NCBI RefSeq assembly: GCF_006345805.1
Contig: NC_043023.1
Coordinates: 1,922,001 to 1,986,000, forward strand
Length of the DNA: 64,000 nt
From: Octopus sinensis
Taxonomy: Eukaryota
Direction: 5' to 3'
Made by a program: the position numbers and the translations under genes. The first letter of the stretch is position 1; each line of letters opens with the position of its first letter. The notes beneath the pieces are model-generated. The model did not search any database, had not been told where the DNA came from, and saw only the letters and a list, made by a program, of their open reading frames with translations. Below are positions 1-12,602 of this stretch, in pieces.

Positions 1-239
1 TAGTCTTGGTTGGTCATGCTTGGAAATCCAGCCAGAAAGTATAATGGTGGTTGCTTCTGATCTTTCCTAGAATATTAGGTGGAGCAGATGGATAGATAGA
101 ACCAAGTATTCTTTGACTGGGTGAGTGAGTATTTAAAAATACCCCATGGAGTGATGTCCCTGCCTGGCATACTTAAGGGTTGCCTTTTGGCAAGGCATAA
201 AAAACATAAGGGAAAGTTAACTTGTTGAGTCAGACCAAT

Positions 240-452
240 TCATTAAGCTGGTTTCCCAGTTTCCGTGTCATATATATTCCTCATCTGGAAGGGACAAGGG
301 TCCATCAGAGGATTACTCATTCCTTGCAAGCTGAGTGGACTGGAGCAACATGAAACAAAGTGTTCTACTCAAAAATACAACACATCACCCAGTCCAGGAA
401 TTGAAACCACAATCTTACAATCATGAGTCTAACACCCTGACCACTGCCATGC
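240..452 (-). mobile_element. Decayed tRNA-head SINE with CORE-like segment
   Basis: Minus strand reads tRNA-like head (GTGGTCAGGGTGTTAGACTCATGATTGTAAGATTGTGGTTTCAATTCCTGGAC), then a CORE-like TTGAGTAGAACACTTT..TTGCTCCAGTCCACTCAGCT. A similar copy lies at about 48230-48537. Confidence 0.6.
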
Positions 453-454
453 AC

Positions 455-585
455 CTTATTAACCCTGAAGGGATGAAAGGCAAAGTCGACCTTGGCAGAA
501 TTTGAACTCAGAATGTAAAGACAGATGAAATACCACTAAGCTTTTCACCCAGCATGCTGACATTTCTGCCAGGTTGCCACCTGTG
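455..585 (-). mobile_element. Nin-domain-type SINE (family B), 5' portion
   Basis: Reverse complement of TTCTGAGTTCAAATTCTGCCAAGGTCGACTTTGCCTTTCATCCC, the motif shared with the arrays at 16.1, 53.8 and 56.8 kb. Confidence 0.7.
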
Positions 586-599
586 GTGAAAATGATATT

Positions 600-2340
600 G
601 GAAACATTATGGCAATATGGTTGAAGATTACATCAACCACAATTCCTGATTTCACAGAAAAGACTAGCCCACAATACAATCTACCTCCTGATGCTCAACC
701 ATTGGACTATCTATTTTTATTTTTACCGAAAAGTTTTTTTGATACTGTCAAGGAGGAAAGAGATATTCTCAATGCATAATTTCTATTTGTGGAAGACCCG
801 ATCTACCATGGCAGCCAACTGATTCTTCAGAAATGCAAGCCTTTTTAACTACAAACATTAAGTTTGGTATCAAGCAGTTTCCTCAACTGTGGAACTACTG
901 GAATCCTGATATAAGGTATGGTGATCCATATATCTCCCAGCATTATGTCAAAACATAGTTAATTTAGATATTGTTTATGCAAAAGGCCATAAGGTACCTC
1001 TGCCACCAAAGTAGCCATTTAAGAATTTGGACCTGGAGATCTTCATTTCCAGCAACTTCGAGGGCCACCTCCCAGTGGTGTCAGGTGTCAATGAAGAGCC
1101 CTCAACTACAAGACGACCAAAGTCTTTTTTTTTTCCAAAGGTCTGGGGTCTCCCGCCCCTAAGCCCTAGACCATCACCTAATCACCCTTACCCGTCTTGT
1201 TGCTTAACAACACAACAATAACAGCCACCAAAGTACTATGACCATTTGAAATTTCGGGTTGACAGCGCATCTCAGTTACGAGAGGGCTTTTAATGTAAAA
1301 AGCACAGAACTGGGAGAAAAGCAAAATTGACTGAGGTGGATGTCAACAGAGAATATTGACTTTCATAAAGAGGGAAAAATAAGTGGAAGGAAAAAAGTTT
1401 GCAGACTGTATTGGCTGCAAAAAATGAAAAACTGTGAAAGGATATCAGGCCGAGACCTCATATATACTCTTTACTCTTTTACTTGTTTCAGTCATTTGAC
1501 TGTGGCCATGCTGGAGCACCGCCTTTAGTCAAGCAAATCGACCCTGGGACTTATTCTTTGTAAGCCCAGTACTTATTCTATCGGTCTCTTTTGCCGAACC
1601 ACTAAGTGACGGGGACGTAAACACACCAGCATCAGTTGTCAAGCAATGCTAGGGGGACAAAAACAGACACACAAACACACACACACACATACATACATAA
1701 TATATATTATATATATATATATATAATATACATATATACGACGACAGGCTTCTTTCAGTTTCCGTCTACCAAATCCACTCACAAGGCATTGGTCGGGCCC
1801 AAAGCTATAGCAGAAGACACTTGCCCAAGATGCCACGCAATGGGACTGAACCCGGAACCATGTGGTTGGTTAGCAAGCTACTTACCACACAGCCACTCCT
1901 GCGCCTATGTGTTCGTTTTGCCAAGTGCCCTTATGTAAAGGGTGCTTTGGACAATTTCATGATAGAAATAAGCCATAACTACATATTGTTGTTTGATAGT
2001 AATACTATCATATATACCTTTCATTTTATTACAAATATGTGAAAGTGAAAAATACATATTAATTTTCAGTATGTTATACACCTGTATTCACCTTTGCCTC
2101 ACCTGTTAATGAGACTTTTTTATTAGATGCTTTCTGTTACATAAATGAATTCGTTAAATTGTACAAGAGTATATAGCCAATAGCATATTGACTTGTAAAA
2201 GACTTTTGTACTTTATTTCCAATGTAAATGTTTGAATTAAATATAGAGAAAGAATAAAATCTTGTACCAATTACACTTGTATTTTAATTAATTCTAATTA
2301 ATGTATCTCATCTTCATGATGAGATACATTAATTAAAGGG
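600..2340 (+). mobile_element. piggyBac (PGBD-like) transposon remnant, catalytic core deleted, interrupted by a SINE
   Basis: Hand translation: 642-778 IPDFTEKTSPQYNLPPDAQPLDYLFLFLPKSFF; then PWQPTDSSEMQAFLTTNIKFGIKQFPQLWNYWNPD (PGBD N-terminal motifs); KISGRKKVC near 1375-1405; GYQAETSY (1440-1463) joins across the SINE to MCSFCQVPLCKGCFGQFHDRNKP* (1907-1978), the piggyBac Cys-rich C-terminus. The right end has a subterminal palindrome ATGTATCTCATC/GATGAGATACAT and ends AAAGGG-TTGA at 2340. Confidence 0.85.
1467..1906 (-). mobile_element. SINE family A (tRNA head + CORE-like segment + internal TA/CA microsatellite), full length
   Basis: Minus strand starts AGGCGCAGGAGTGGCTGTGTGGTAAG, has B-box GGTTCAGTCCC and CORE-like TTGGGCAAGTGTCTT, and ends in a (GAGTAAAA)n tail. 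Inserted at TA inside the piggyBac ORF. Confidence 0.9.
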
Positions 2341-2583
2341 TTGATAGAACAGTAAACTCTGTGTGTGTGTGTGTGTGTGTGTATACATAGGTGCAGGTGT
2401 AGCTATGTGGTAAGAAGTTTGCTTCCCAACCACAGGCATCTAAGTTCAGTCCCACTGTGTGGCACCTTGAGCAAGTGTCTTCTGCTATAGCCCCGGGCCG
2501 ACCAAAGCTTTGAGTGGATTTCATAGATGGAAACTTAAAGAAACCCATCGTATGTATGTGTATATATGTGTGTGTGTGTGTGT

Positions 2584-2868
2584 GGAGGCGCAATGGCCCA
2601 GTGGTTAGGGCAGCGGACTTGCGGTCGTAGGATTGCAGTTTCAATTCCCAGACCAGGCATTGTGAGTGCTTATTGAGCAGCAGGGGGTGGTGGTGATCCC
2701 TGCTGTACTCTTTCGTCACAACTTTCTTTCACTCTTTCTTCTGTTGGCCTGCTCGCTTAGCCAGTGGGTTGGTGTCATTTGAAGGCTAAAACAATGCGAA
2801 ACGCATTGTGACCAGCGATGTGTAGCAACATCTGATAGCCTGGTCGGTCACAGTGATCATGGTGATAT
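2584..2868 (+). mobile_element. SINE family D (tRNA-like head GGAGGCGCAATGGCCCAGTGGTTAG)
   Basis: A-box TGGCCCAGTGG and a B-box-like motif. Near-identical body at 14318-14617; related heads at 49263, 60781 and 61122. Confidence 0.8.
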
Positions 2869-3419
2869 ATATATATATATATATGACTGTGTGTGTATAT
2901 CTTTGTGTCTGTGTTTGTCGCTATGCCACTGCTTTATAACCAGTGTTAGTATGTTTATGTCCCTGTAACTTAGCGAGTTGGCAAAAGAGATCAACAGAAT
3001 AAGTATTAGGCTTTAAAAAAAAAATAAGTCCTCGGGTTGAATTGTTTGACTAAAATCTTTCAAAGCAGTGCTCCAGCTTGGTCACAGACAAATGAGTGAA
3101 ACAAGAAAAAAAGAAATATATGTATATTATATATATATTTTATCTTTAGCTGGTTTTAGTCATTAGTATGTGGCCATACTGGAGCACCACCTTGAAGAGT
3201 TTATAGGCAAAGAAATCAACCCCAGGACTTACTCAAGCATGGTACTTATTCTTACAGGCTTTTTGCTAAACTGCCAAGCTATGGAGATGTAAACAAACCA
3301 ACACCGGTTGTAAAGCAGTGAGGGGGGGACAAACACAGACACAAAACCATACGCACAAGAAGATATATATATATATATGTTTGTATTTGTGTGTTTGTGT
3401 GTGTATATAAATATATATA

Positions 3420-3650
3420 TTTTTTTTATTGCCCACAGGGGGCTAAACATAGAGGGGACAAACAAGGACAGACAAGGGGATTAAGTCAATTATATCTACC
3501 CCAGTGCATAACTGGTACTTATTTAATCGACCCCGAAAGGATGAATGGCAAAGTCGAGCTCGGCGGAATTTGAACTCAGAACGTAACCACAGACGAAATA
3601 CCGCTAGGCATTTCATCCGGCGTACTAACGTTTCTGCCAGCTTGCCACCT
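3420..3650 (-). mobile_element. Nin-domain-type SINE (family B), single full copy
   Basis: Head GGCAAGCTGGCAGAAACGTTAGTACGCC, Nin-like TTCATCCTTTCGGGGTCGATTAAATAAGTACCAG, and tail TTTGTCCCCTCTATGTTTAGCCCCCTGTGGGCAATAAA. Confidence 0.85.
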
Positions 3651-3669
3651 AATATATATATATTTGGAC

Positions 3670-4192
3670 ACTAAACTCTGCTTGTGAAGACCTGTTGAGG
3701 CAAGTGAAATCAAAATCGAAATCAAATTCGATGACTGGCATCCATGCTAGTGGAGTGCTAAGAGTACCATACGAGCGTGATTGTGGCCAGAGCAACAAGC
3801 TGGCCTCTGTGCCGGTGGTACATAAAAAGTACCATTCGCGTGTGATCGTTACCTGCATCGCCTTACTGGCACTTGTGCTGGTGGCACATGAAAAAACATT
3901 TGAGCAAGGTCGCTGCCAATGCCAATGGACTGGCTCCTGTGCAGGTAGCACATAAAAAACACCATTTGAGCATGGCAGTTGACAGTACCGCCCGACTGGC
4001 CCTCATGCCGGTGGCACGTAAAAGCACCCGCTACACTCTCAGAGTGGTTGGCGTTAGGAAGGGCATCCAGCTGTAGAAACTCTGCTAGATCAGATTGGAG
4101 CCTGGTGCAGCCATCTGGCTCACCAGACCTCAGTCAACTCGTCCAACCCATGCTAGCATAGAAAGCAGACGTGAAATGATGATGATGATGAT
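3670..4192 (+). mobile_element. Non-autonomous element made of an RTE-LINE 3' UTR (family C)
   Basis: Internal GGTGGCACRTAAAAAGCACC repeats, GGTTGGCGTTAGGAAGGGCATCCAGCTGTAGAAA and a (GAT)n tail. The same 3' end is attached to RTE ORF remnants at 14.6-15.1 and 26.9-28.2 kb. Confidence 0.8.
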
Positions 4193-4414
4193 ATATATAT
4201 GTATAGTTGAAATTTACCGAAAAACAAAAGATGGACACAGGTGTATAAACAACAAACAGGTGTATTTATTTACCACTCAGGAAGGTAAGAAAGACTAACT
4301 ACCTTTCTTCAGCCAGCCACCATGATTGACCCCTAGCTTCAAAAGTTTCTTTTTATTCTCACTTTTATTGTCTTTTTATTCTTTCTCAGTTGGATGCTCA
4401 GGAAGGTGAGAAAG

Positions 4415-4452
4415 TCTTTTATGTTTTGAGCCTACACTTTTCAACAGAAAGG
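4415..4452 (-). ncRNA. Degenerate minimal hammerhead-like motif (A6U class) in a PLE-type terminal repeat fragment
   Basis: Minus strand reads CCTTT-CTGTTGA-A-AAGTGTAGGCTC-AAAA-CAT-A-AAAGA, a decayed homolog of 57642-57679. Confidence 0.45.
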
Positions 4453-4493
4453 ACCATGAGGAAATAAACAGAGAGAGAATAAAAAAACTTGTG

Positions 4494-4494
<1 letters not shown>

Positions 4495-4531
<37 letters not shown>

Positions 4532-4602
4532 AGATAGATAGATAGATAGATAGATATAGATAGATATAGATAGATAGATATATAATAGATAGATAGATAA
4601 TC

Positions 4603-4634
<32 letters not shown>

Positions 4635-4642
4635 AGATAGAT

Positions 4643-4682
<40 letters not shown>

Positions 4683-4683
4683 G

Positions 4684-4730
<47 letters not shown>

Positions 4731-4750
4731 GTAGGTAGGTAGGTAGATAG

Positions 4751-4783
<33 letters not shown>

Positions 4784-4810
4784 GATATAGATAGATAGAT
4801 AGATAGAATT
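4495..4810. repeat. (TA)n/(GATA)n microsatellite
   Basis: Directly visible. Confidence 0.98.
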
Positions 4811-5544
4811 TAGAGAAAAAACCTACATAAAGTATTCAATTCATAATGAAAGATATTATCTATAATAAAATATAAATTTAAATATATTATTAATATTGTA
4901 CTAAAAATTACTATACTAAATAATACACATTAAAACGACGATATATATATGTATGTATATACACAACAAGTTTATTTAAGTTTCTGTCTACCAAATCCAC
5001 CCACAAAGCAGCCCAGAAGTTTAGTAGAAGGTACTTGCCCCAGGTGGCACCCAGTGGGACTGAACCCAGAACCATGTGGTTGGTAAGCCAACTCTTAACC
5101 ACACAGCCAAGCATGGAATAAAATTCCTGAAAAAAAATATATTTCCAGTAGGAAACGTGAAATAAAGCAAGGAATTGCTACGGAACAGTTTGCGGAATGA
5201 AAAAACCAGAAATGAAGCGAGTATTAACATTAAATGAATGTCAATGCACGTGTCATGTTTGTTAAAATTTGTTTTGTATTTTTAAAAATATGAAATCAAT
5301 GAAAAGAAAAAAAGAATTGTTGAGGAGAAGTGAATTTGTGAAGGAGTTACATAAATCATAAAAGTTTAGAAAGCAATTGATACGGAACAAGAATACGAAG
5401 AAGAAGAAGAAGAAACGTTGGTGATGACATTGAGTGAAGGAAGGCAAAGAGGTGGAAGTGTTGGAGGGTGGAAATAAAATTTGAAAATTATTTGGTAAAG
5501 GGTGGCCGTGGAATGAAGCCAGAAATACACAGACTACTACTATA

Positions 5545-6020
5545 TGCATACACACACACACACATATATACATATTTCTCCTCCCCTCTCTCTCTCTCTA
5601 TATATATATATATGTATACATAAATATACATATATATACGTATATATAGATATATATATCCATACATATATATACACACACACACAGACACAGTTATTTA
5701 TATATGTATGTATTTATGCACATTTGAATGTACGTAAGCATGTATGCATATATATATATTGTATAATATACATACATACATACATACATATAATATATAT
5801 ACATATATATATATATAATATTATATATATATGCATACATATACATATATATATATATAATATACATATATATATTTTACACATATATATATATACATAT
5901 ATATACATACATATATATATATACATGTATATATATATATACGTGCATACATATATATAGATTCATATGTATATACATACATACACACATATATATATAC
6001 ACATACATTTGTATATTTTC
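5545..6020. repeat. (TA)n/(CA)n compound microsatellite
   Basis: Directly visible; source of the YI-rich ORFs. Confidence 0.97.
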
Positions 6021-6806
6021 TTTTAATGATTTAATTCTAACTTTGCTAATACACTGAAACTTAATCATTTGTAAAAAATTTTCCCTAACAAAGAGTAAAA
6101 TTTTATTTCAAGTAAAAACTAAATTTTTAAGCAGTAATACATATATACATACATACATATATATATACATATATGTATGCATGTATGCATTTATATATAA
6201 CATATATGTGTGTGTTTGTACTTTGGTACCTGTCAGTATGCATGTGTATATGCACATGTGGGTATGTGACAATGTTCACGAGTATTCGTGATGCAATGGT
6301 TGGGTGTGCATGTGTGCACATTGGCACATATAGGTGCACACATATTCAGAATCTTGTCTTCAGAATCTCATGTCAGTATAAGCAAGCCTGCACACTCTAT
6401 ACGCATGCGTATGTATATTCAAATCCATGTGTATGAAAGCATGTGCACACATGTAAGACTATGTGTATAATTTGTCAACCGTGCATGAATCATTGTCCTG
6501 TATATCTCCAACCCCTTTGCCAATGTTGTTATTGTTATTGTTGCTCTTCTTGTTGATGTGGCGATAATTTCTATTATTAATATCAGGGTTGCCATTAATT
6601 TTATTGATATTTTTTTCATCAATATCTTTAATTTATTATATTACAAAGACTTTCACTGTTATTACTACCATTGAGAAGACAAACTATTTTTTCCTTTTTG
6701 TAATGCTTCCTTTGTTTGGGTGAAGTTGTAATGTGTCTAACCACCCAGTTTTAATTGTCTGAAAAAGCTGCAGTGTACAAAGGAAACACCAGAGCTACAG
6801 CTTTAA

Positions 6807-7418
6807 CCCTTTCATTATCAACCCGGCTGAAACCGGTTCTGGCTCTGAGTACAACTGTCTTGTTTTCATAAGTTCTGAATTAAAATCTTCCACCAAACCT
6901 GAGTCACAATTTATGTTCATAACTTATTTATGGTAACAAAAAGGTTTAAAGACAGTCGGTGAAATGTGTCTTCAATGTGCACAAGATTTGGCTGCTATTT
7001 CTAACAAGTGAAACAAAATCGGCAAATTTACCCTTTCGTTACCAACCTGACTGAAACCACCTCTGGCACTGAGTACAAATGTCTTGTTTTCATAAGTTTT
7101 GAATTAAAATCTTCCACCAACCTTAGTCACAATTTATGTTGTAAACACTAGCTGAATGATAACTAGGTTATTTTACTAAATTCTTTGTTATATTTAACCC
7201 TTTTGATACCAACCCAGCCAAAACTGCCTCTGGCTCTGTAGTACAAATGTCCTGTTTTCATAAGTTCTGAATTAAAATATTCCACCAAACCTTAGTCACA
7301 ATTTATGTTCCTAACACCAGCTTAATGATAACTAAGTTATTTTACTAAATTCTTTGTTATATTTAAAATAATTGGAAGAAACACAGATCATCTCAAAATA
7401 AATACAGTAATGAAAGGG
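6807..7418 (-). mobile_element. TTAA-flanked piggyBac-type MITE with tandem ~167-bp terminal units
   Basis: TTAA at 6803-6806 and 7419-7422. TIR CCCTTTCATTA/TAATGAAAGGG. Internal unit starts at 7031 and 7198. Same family as 33772-34578 in the opposite orientation. Confidence 0.85.
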
Positions 7419-7819
7419 TTAATAACCAGTTAACACACACATACATGTATAGATATACATACCTATATAGGTATGTGTGTGTGTTTACGCTGGAGTTGAA
7501 CTAGGGACAGCTGATGAAGGGGATTTTTCCTTGTGTAGTTGTCTTGTACTCTGTTTTTTCATTGTTAAAAAAATGGTCGGTTCCATGCTGTTTTTACGTT
7601 TTCGTTTCTCGTTGAGTCCTACGTCTATTTGTGGTGTCCTGTACACACGTACATATATTTATATATGCATGTATATATACATGTAGATGTAGGTACGTAC
7701 ATATATGTTTGTATGTATGCATATATTTTATTTATTACACTATTGTATGACTGAGCGCCTTCACGTCGATTCGATTCGATTCGTTTGGTTTCGTTTCATT
7801 TTTTCTTCTTCTCTAAGCT

Positions 7820-7858
<39 letters not shown>

Positions 7859-8428
7859 TATATATATATGTTTCATTATTTATTCTCTTACTTAATTCAG
7901 TTAGTTGACAGCAGCCATGCTGGAGCACAGTCAAACAAATTGACTCCAGGATTTATTTCTTGTCTTAAGCCTAGTACTTATTCTATTGGTCTCTTTTGCC
8001 AAACCACAAAGTTACATGGACATAAACACACTAACACACATTGTCAAGCGGTAATGGGGGCTAAAGCACACACATACACACATAGATACATACAAACATA
8101 CATACATACATACATATCAAAATAAGCAACAGGATATCCAGAGGTGATGCAGTATGACTGTTTCAAGCAGCTCCATTTAATTGAACAGTGCAATCACTAC
8201 ATCAGTTTAAATGCAAGGCTATCCTTAGCTGCATAAATAAATAAATAGAATTTTTTAATCAGTCTGACACATTCATATAAGTTTCCTTAAATACTCTAAT
8301 AGAGCAAGAAGATAGACAAAGTCCATGCTGTCACTACTGTAGCTTAGAATACATATATGCACACACACATTCATATATATATTTATACATATATATATAT
8401 ACACACACACACACACATAAATATATTT

Positions 8429-8467
<39 letters not shown>

Positions 8468-8619
8468 CATATAAGAGGGATGACCACTAAGTGAACATCC
8501 ATTATGCTAAAGGTAGACCCCATATGGTCTTACCACAAAGAAAGGAATGTTCTCAAGAAAATTCAGCAAACGCCAGAACGTAAGCAAGACAAATGAAAAG
8601 ATACAAAATATAAAGATTA

Positions 8620-8690
8620 ATCACAAACCCGGTTTTGTTGTTACCACTTACATAATACTTACATAAATGTCCACAATTCATCAGTGTGAT
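8620..8690 (-). ncRNA. Type-I hammerhead-like motif (degenerate)
   Basis: ATCACA-CTGATGA-ATTG..CAAC-AAAA-CCGGG-TT-TGTGAT. Stem I has 6 bp; G12 is mutated to A. Confidence 0.55.
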
Positions 8691-8929
8691 CGTCATAGCA
8701 AAATATAATTTGCAGAACTATATACAGGACATCGACAGGAGATTGAACATGCATATAATTCTACCAATTACATTTGGGGTTATATTTCAAAAGTCTTTGT
8801 TTTGACTGCAGAGAATTATTTTCTGCTGAATTACTTCTGGTATTTTGGTGCGCCAAAACGAAGACTTTTGAAATATAGCCACAAATGTAAATCGTAGAAC
8901 TATATACATGTTCAATGTCGTGCAGACAT

Positions 8930-9345
8930 CTCTTTTACTCTTTTACTCTTTTACTTGTTTCAGTCATTTGACTGTGGCCATGCTGGAGCACCGCCTTTAG
9001 TCGAGCAAATCGACCCGGGACTTATTCTTTGTAAGCCCAGTACTTATTCTATCGGTCTCTTTTGCCAAACCGCTAAGTGACGGGGACATAAACACACCAG
9101 CATCGGTTGTCAAGCAATGCTAGGGGGACAAACACAGACACACAAACACACACACGCACATACATATATATATATACATATATACGACAGGCTTCTTTCA
9201 GTTTCCGTCTACCAAATCCACTCACAAGGCATTGGTCGGCCCGGGGCTATAGTAGAAGACACTTTCCCAAGGTGCCACGCAGTGGGTCTGAACCTGGAAC
9301 CATGTGGTTGGTAAACAAGCTACTTACCACACAGCCACTCCTGCG
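8930..9345 (-). mobile_element. SINE family A, full length
   Basis: Same head, CORE-like segment and tail as 1467-1906. Confidence 0.9.
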
Positions 9346-9384
9346 ACTTGTGTATAGTTCTGCAAATTATATTTTACTATGACT

Positions 9385-9456
9385 ATCACACTGATGAATT
9401 GGAGACATTTACGTAAGTATTACGTAAGTGGTAACAATGAAATTGGTTTTAGTGAT
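9385..9456 (+). ncRNA. Type-I hammerhead-like motif (degenerate)
   Basis: ATCACA-CTGATGA(9391-9397)-ATTG..CAAT-GAAA(9439-9442)-TTGGTTTT-AGTGAT. Core intact, stem III decayed. Confidence 0.55.
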
Positions 9457-9844
9457 TAATCTTTATACTTTGTATCTTTTCATTTGTCTTGCTCGCTTAT
9501 ATTCTGGCATTTGCTGAATTTTCTTGAGAACAATCTTTTCTTAGTGGTCAGACCAAGTGGGGTCTACCTCTAGCATAATGGATGTCCACTTAGTGTTCAT
9601 TCCTCTCATGATCATGAGCTGAATAGCCTAATTAGTAAGCCTTGTGCCTTGACTTCCAGCTCTGTAGCTGTTGACTGTAGCCCAAAGTATTAATTAGATC
9701 ATGAGTTAATTAGAGCTCAACAAATTTAGAGATGGTCTGCTGAAAAAGATTTACCCACCCTGTGTTAATGGGGAAGTGGACTCTTTCAGTCTATTGCAGT
9801 CTTTCTGAAATTGTCATCTTAGTGATGTCATCATCAACATCATC

Positions 9845-10830
9845 TTCTTCCTCCAATTCTCTTCTTCTTCTTCTTCTTCTTCTTCTTCTTCTTCTTCTTC
9901 TTCCTTCAATTCTTCTTCTTCTTCCTCCGATTCTTCTTCTTCTTCTTCTTCTTCTTCTTCCTCCAATTCTTCTTCTTCTTCTTCTTCTTCCTCCAATTCT
10001 TCTTCTTCGTCTTCTTCTTCCTTCAATTCTTCTTCTTCTTCTTCTTCTTCTCCTTCTTCTTCTTCTTCTTCTTCTTCACCTTCTTCTTTCTTCTTCTTCT
10101 TCTTTCTTCTTCTTTCTTCTCTTCTTCTTTTTTCTTCTTCTTCTTCTTCTCTTCTTCTTCCAATTCTTCTTCTTCTTCCAATTCTGTTTTCTTCCAATTT
10201 TTCTTCTCTTCTTCTTTCTTCTTCTTCTTCCAATTCTTCTTCTTCTTCTTCCAATTCTGTTCTTCTTCCATTCTTCTTCTTCTTCTTCTTCTTTCTTCTT
10301 CTCTGCATTCTTGTTTTCTTCCAATCTTCTTCTTCTTCTTCTTTCTTCTACCTTCTTCTTCTTCTTCTTCTTCTTCTTCCAATTCTTTTCTTCTTCTTCT
10401 TCATCCAACTCTTTTTCATCGTCTTTTTTCTTCTTTATATAATATGCTTCTTTTCTCATTCTCCCAAACATCATTCTCATCATCTTCACCATCACATCTA
10501 TCATCACCATCATCATCATCATTATCATCATCACCATTCTCATAATTATCATCATGATCACCAACAACATCATCATCACCACTATCATCACCATCATCTT
10601 AACCATCGCTGCCATTATCATCAACATTACAGCTACCACCGCTATCATCATCATTACAGCCATCGTTATCATCATCATCTCTATGATCACCACCATCAGA
10701 AACATCAAAGCCAATATCATCATCATCATCGACATCACTATCAACATCATCCCTATCATTATCATCACCACTATCATTATCATCATCACTACCATAATCA
10801 TCATCATCATCGTCATTATCAACAACAACC
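9845..10830. repeat. (CTT)n then (ATC)n trinucleotide low-complexity tract
   Basis: Directly visible; produces the poly-E/K/L/M ORFs. Confidence 0.95.
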
Positions 10831-11039
10831 ATTATAAGTTTTGACTTGTTCAGAGATTGTCTCCACTTCTCTCATCTCCTCCTCCTCCTCCTCTCATTCC
10901 CTCTACTCCCTTTACTTTTCCCCCATCTTCCACCGCATCCCCTTGACGAAAAGAGGGAGAAACATGTCTCCTTAGAATTTCCATTGCAACATTTTACCGA
11001 CAAATTTATCAAATTTATTGTAATCTAGCATCATTCTAG

Positions 11040-12323
11040 ACTTTTCCGCCAACTTCTCTCTTTCTCTCACCCAGTCTCTCCCTCTCTCTCTATTTCCCTT
11101 ATCTCTTTATGTCTCTTTCTCTCTCTCTTTCCTCTCTCTATCTCATTATGCCTTTCTCTTTCCTCCTTTTTCCCTACATCTCTCCCTTCTTTTTCTCGAT
11201 CTCTTCCTACATCTCTCTCTCTCTCTCTACATTCTTCTCTCTCTATCCTCACCTAACTACACCCCTCCTTCTCTCTCCCTACATCACTCTCTCTCTTCCT
11301 CTCTGCACCGCATCGTCTCCCTCTCTTTCCCTTCTTTTCCCCCTCTCTCTATCAAACCCTTCTCTGTCTCTCTCTATATATTTTCCTACTTTTCTCTCTC
11401 TTCCTCCTCTCTCTACACTTCTTCCCCCAACATCCCTCCCTCTCACTCTCTCTTTCTCTCTCTGCATCCTCCCATCATTCTCTCTATCCTCACTTCTCCC
11501 TACACCCACCTTCTCTCTCTCTCCTCTGCACTCCCTCTCCCTCTCTGTCTACTCCCTCTCTCCATCTCTTCTTACTCTTTTCCCTTTCTCTCCTTCATTT
11601 TCATTCTGCTACCTCCTCTCCCTCCGTCTCATACAACCTCCCTTTCCCCCCTCTCTCTCTCTGTATCTCTCCTTTTCCCTCACTTCTATCTCCTCTACCC
11701 TGTGGTACCATACAGGGGGGATGGTAAAGGAGTGCATCCAATTTTAGATTAATAATCGGTAAATTGCTTTATGCCAGCAGGTACCTTACCTCTAGGTGGT
11801 TCTCCAATACCTTGATACAGATACGTATGCATGCGTGTATGTATGTATATGTGTGTGTATGTATGTGTGAGCATGCATGTGAACATATATGTGTCAATGT
11901 ATAATTTCACACACACACATACACACACATATACACACACATATGTATGTATATGTATGTATATATGCATATTTATATACATATATATATGTATATATGT
12001 ATATATATATGTGTGTATATATATATATGCATATTTATATGTATATATATATGTATGTGTGTATCTATATATATGCATATTTATTTGTATATATGTATAT
12101 ATGTGTGTGTGTATATATATATATATCTATATATATATATATATATATGCATATTCATATGTATATATATATGTATGTGTGTATATATATATGCATATTT
12201 ATATGTATATATGTGTATATATATGTATGTATATATATTTATATATATATATATACATATATACATATATATGTATATATGTGATAATATATATGTATAT
12301 GTGTGGTGTGTGCATATATATAT

Positions 12324-12354
<31 letters not shown>

Positions 12355-12539
12355 TTATATGTATATATATAGCAATGTAATATTTACTTATGATATTTTA
12401 TATTTTATATGTATATATACACACATATATATTCACATATGCCTTGCCAATCTCACTAACTCGTCTACACCATTCAGCTGATTAGCAATATCATTTTTAT
12501 TATCGTTATTGTTATCATCATCATCACCATCATCATCAC

Positions 12540-12602
<63 letters not shown>

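Larger units (their letters stand above)
8475..9605. repeat. Long inverted repeat (arms ~8475-8726 and ~9350-9605), probably inverted PLE pseudo-LTRs
   Basis: The arms are diverged reverse complements and each contains a hammerhead-like fold. The spacer contains a SINE A copy. Confidence 0.8.

Noticed and set aside
2584-2660. tRNA-like sequences in SINE heads (families A, B, D)
   Set aside because: They run directly into SINE bodies and lack complete acceptor stems, so they were not called as tRNA genes.
5544-6068. Many YI/HT-rich ORFs (also 11749-12481, 23134-24609, 29183-30242, 36372-38123, 39184-40018, 55225-56352)
   Set aside because: They are translations of (TA)n/(CA)n microsatellites, which rarely contain stops in some frames; no protein signal.
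6420-6760. Asn-rich minus-strand peptide IKDIDEKNINKINGNPDINNRNYRH
   Set aside because: It needs a frameshift, has no recognisable domain, and no splice sites were identified.
7505-7540. CTGATGAAGGGG, resembling a PLE hammerhead start (similar CTGATAAAGGGG near 28945-28956, minus)
   Set aside because: No downstream GAAA, stem II or stem I partner could be placed.
9762-10844. Poly-Glu/Lys/Leu/Met ORFs
   Set aside because: (CTT)n/(ATC)n tracts are open in several frames on both strands at once, so these are repeat artefacts.
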